Below, in pieces: positions 60,316 to 64,000 of a stretch of DNA of 64,000 nucleotides (positions within the stretch are counted from its first letter, which is position 1; every line of letters begins with the position of its first letter). The translations under genes and the position numbers were made by a program. This DNA is from Octopus vulgaris. Taxonomy: Eukaryota. The stretch lies in NCBI GenBank assembly GCA_951406725.2, contig OX597830.1, positions 61,380,001 through 61,444,000 of the forward strand, written 5' to 3'. Under the pieces are notes generated by a model. That model was given only the letters and a program-made list of their open reading frames with translations, made no database searches and was not told where the DNA came from.

Positions 60316-61939
60316 CCAAACACACATACACACATGCATACATATATCTACACACACACACACACATGCACTCAAGTTAAAGGTATTTTTCTATTTTCCC
60401 ACAAGTCATTTATGTGTATGTTATGGGAGAACCTTGAACACCTCCACGCGACTGAAGATGCCCTAATCGATTACAGTAAATGAGAACAGAGTGAATTGTC
60501 ACGGGGATAGTTGACGGTGTCACTTCGACCGTGTTGGTTCGACGTGTATCGGTTTAACAGTCGGTAGTTGAACAGTGAATACTGAGTATCGTACCCACGT
60601 TCGAGAAGTAAGGGCTGCGTTTTGTGTTAACATATATTTCTTCAGACTTTCATTTTCTAGATGAAGAAACTGGCAATTATACTTTTAATAGTCGCGTTTA
60701 TATTAGTGAAACTCAGCGTTCATTGGGACGAGGTTGATGCAGATAATATACTCATCTTCTGATCTAAAATTTTATCCGTTGTTCCTAAGTTTCTTTGACC
60801 ATCCACTAACACCTTTTAGCGTGTTACAAAACTACTGAATTTCGTTTTTGGTGTGTCTATCTTTCTATGAATAAAGCTTACGTTAGTTATCGTGTTTTTC
60901 AACTTAGTGTTTTCTATCTGTTTCTGTTTTGCGTTCTGCGTTGTAATGTGTTGTAACGACACCTTGCAAATGCATTGTCAGCCAGAGAGAAAGTGTCGTA
61001 CTTGCCTGACCAATGAACCTTTTTTGGTCAAGTAGTTCCCTATTTATTGTCTACATTGTAAATTGTATGCTCAGTGGTTTAGATGATTTGTGTTTCATAT
61101 TGAGGCTAACAGCTTCAAATGCATTAAGAGACTCTTTATGTGGTCGATTCCCCTGCAATCAAATTACATCTTAACATCTAAAAGTAATACGTACTGAATG
61201 ATATAATTCTTGAGATTCAACGCCTGAAAGCAGTCGGAAGACTCATTCTTTTGGAGCACTTTTGATCAAATGGCTACTCATTCAGTAAAAGCCAGGGTTA
61301 AACCACAGAAACAATTAGTTTCTGCAGAAGATTAATCATTAATCGTTGATGAATATAGGAACGTTACTGATCTGAACTAAACAGAAAGGCTAATAAGAAC
61401 AAACTGGAAATCTTTAATGAAAAACATTAAACTGTAACACATCAATTTACTCTTTCACTAATTCCAGTCATTTGTCTGGCCTGACTGCACCCAGGCTTAA
61501 GACGTTTGCTTAGTAATGTCAATCTCCGATAAATGCGCCTAGGGAATTAATGGCGGAGTTGAATCAGACAGATTAGTCCAGCTACCAGGAACATAAGCAC
61601 CACATTACATAGTATATTCTAACATTTCCGTCAATTTCGTCAATTTGCCGCTTGGACTGGTAATAGATCTTATTAATTCAGAAGGATGGAATCCAAAGTT
61701 GATTTAGCTCAGAGGAAGAGCGAAGAGAAATGAAACAGAAGTCGTAAAGTATTTTGCTGTGTGTTTCTTGTCTAAAACACACACATACATATACCTAGCC
61801 AGACATATGCACACGCATATATATACACATATGTGTATGAGTGTGTGAAAGACTACTTCAATTTGAACGCCACCCTCCCAGAAGTACTTAATGTGGACCA
61901 TGGTGTCCAACAGCTATACCAGCACCAACATTTTCCTCC

Positions 61940-62400
61940 ATGTATCTTCCAGTAGTGATTGTTAATGTGTTTAAATACGGTAATTTTGGCATTTATGAAT
62001 TATATAGCACAACAGATAAACTGTTGAATCAGTATTGCTTCAAAGCTAATTTGCTGTGTACTGACGATTGTGTTCTTGTTCACTAGCGACACGATAATAA
62101 AAAGATATCGCACATCTGCAGGATCTGTGACTTCTAGAATTACAAGAAACCCAGAGACGACTTCTCTAAGGGACCAGACTTAATGTAGTGGATTCTTTTC
62201 TGTATCTTGGCAACAGATTTCTAGGTTCCCAAATCAATTTGAGGATGAGAAGGCTTCAGTTGCGTTTGAAACTGGGGAAGAGGATTTTTTTAGAGAAAAG
62301 ACTTCTTTTAAATTAGAGCTTTGTAGTTAAGGCTCATCGTAGACATACTGTCAAACATGTTAAGGCATATGTCTGCTATGAGCAAATGGTTATGATCGAA
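61940..62400 (+). pseudogene. RTE-clade RT fragment, decayed
   Basis: NLLCTDDCVLVH (compare LLFADDCAL), FLYLG and KASVAF. Confidence 0.6.
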
Positions 62401-62532
62401 ATCTAGATGATGACATTCTTCTATGTATGTATAAATATGTGTGTATGAATATGTGTGTATGAATGTGTGTGTGTGTGTATGTGTGTGTGTGTAGTGTTTG
62501 AAGTGGTGTAGATATTGTATATTAAAGAAAAG

Positions 62533-62682
62533 GAGGCAGTCAGAATTTTGGATATTTCGTTATTAGCACTTTCGTTAACCGAACACTTCAAGGCAAAAAT
62601 TTTGGTTTTAATTTTTGTCTTGAAGATATCGATTAACGAACGAAAGCGCTAATAAAGAATTATTCCAAATTCTGACTGCCTC
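62533..62682. repeat. Imperfect foldback palindrome (~68-bp arms)
   Basis: gaggcagtcagaattt...cttcaaggcaaaaat / atttttgtcttgaag...aaattctgactgcctc. Confidence 0.88.
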
Positions 62683-62684
62683 AT

Positions 62685-62756
<72 letters not shown>

Positions 62757-62758
62757 TT

Positions 62759-62823
<65 letters not shown>

Positions 62824-62831
62824 CACACACT

Positions 62832-64000
62832 CTAGCAATGCATCTCGGCGTTGCCCGGGTGTTATGACCTACAGCCACATTGTATTATTTGTTTCTTTCT
62901 TATGAACAGAATCGGCACACGAGGAGAGTGAAGCAAACACTTCTTCTTTATAAACATGTTTTTCGGTCATTTTGCGATGAACATTGCTGAAATTGATGAC
63001 ACCAAAAAAATTGCAGAAATTGCAGCTTAGATTAGAAGGAAATCCTAATATTGCCCCCAGATTTACCTAGACTTACGGATTTAAAGAATTGGATGATGTA
63101 TGAGGACGTAGAGGTTTCCGCATTGCAGAAAGCAAGGTACATGGAAAGACAGCTGCTTCATGGTGAAAAGCATAATCTCTAATGTTTGAGCAGACTGCAC
63201 ACTTCAATATATGTTAAGTGAAACCGACATTTCTTCTGGGTAAACTATGTTTTGCGTAAGCCTAGTAGTGACGGAATAGATATACAAGTCATCTGCACTG
63301 CTAACATGAGAGCATGCGGTATATAGTTGTCCATGAGAAAAGCAGGGTATTTGTAAATTGAGACCCGCAATTTGTAAAGTTTGACTCTGGGCTTTATTGA
63401 TTGTCATAGCGAATCATAATCGCACTGGGAACTGGAGGCGCTTGAATTGAAATGACACATTTTGGGAATTAAGGGGCATGTGAGGAATGTATGCGATCCC
63501 TCCTCGATGACAGCCGGCAATAATGGTTGTTTGCAGAACATGATTTGTGATTGTAGTTACAGTCAATCTTGTACCGTTGCATAGTTGTGGTGGGTCGAAA
63601 TTCCTCAAAAGCATGATAGATGCACCTTTCTTTAGGAAAAAAACTAATGCGATGGTAGTCCTGTTGGTTGTAGAGAGTTGAGAAATTCAACTGGATAGTC
63701 AACAGTGGCATGTTCATCGATGGTAGTATCAATGGTGACAAACTTTGAAACATCTAAATGTAGAATGTGGAGGAGTTCATAGATAACGTCATCAATGCTT
63801 TCATTCCAAGGTGCTATAACAGCTCTCTCTGCGAATCATGCTGTTTTTGAAGTTATCTTGCAATGAGGCAAATACCCTTTCTTTAAGTTCGGCCAATGTA
63901 GACACCATGTGTCCACACTGCAGTACACGCTGTTCCAGGTTGTTATTCAACGGTCATGCGCCATTTCCAATTAGTAGAAGTTGATGAAAGAATTCCTCAG
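62832..64000 (-). mobile_element. Helitron 3' end with pseudogenised PIF1-like helicase C-terminus (continues past the window end)
   Basis: MLLRNFDPPQLCNGTRL...FKRLQFPVRL*FAMTINKAQSQTL...CFSHGQLYTACSHV...NIVYPE. Subterminal hairpin cccgg-gcaacg-ccgag (62844-62859) followed by CTAG (62832-62835). Confidence 0.92.

Overview
Repeat-saturated, AT-rich animal genomic DNA, intergenic or deep intronic. It is very likely an octopod cephalopod (Octopus), inferred from the SINE repertoire and extreme microsatellite load, not from a database hit. I find no recognisable intact host gene; nearly all ORFs in the track are microsatellite artefacts or decayed transposon fragments. Contents: (i) several tRNA-derived SINE families, including Meta-domain SINEs with swapped tails; (ii) decayed non-LTR retrotransposons of the R4/Dong-like (RLE), Tx1/L1-like, RTE and CR1/L2-like types; (iii) Penelope-like element (PLE) GIY-YIG and RT relics; (iv) DNA transposon relics: a maT/DD37D-like Tc1/mariner, a hAT MITE with an 8-bp TSD, and a Helitron with helicase and 3' hairpin-CTAG end. 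The most interesting signal is a set of small non-coding elements embedded in TA/CA microsatellites that carry minimal hammerhead-ribozyme (HHR) motifs: single copies, a tandem dimer, and one unit bounded by direct repeats, several with non-canonical catalytic cores. Also notable are a three-copy element with two covarying hairpins, a heavily structured ~540-bp element, and a SINE whose tail matches the Tx1-like LINE 3' end in the same window. All alignments and folds were done by eye, and coordinates of decayed elements are approximate.
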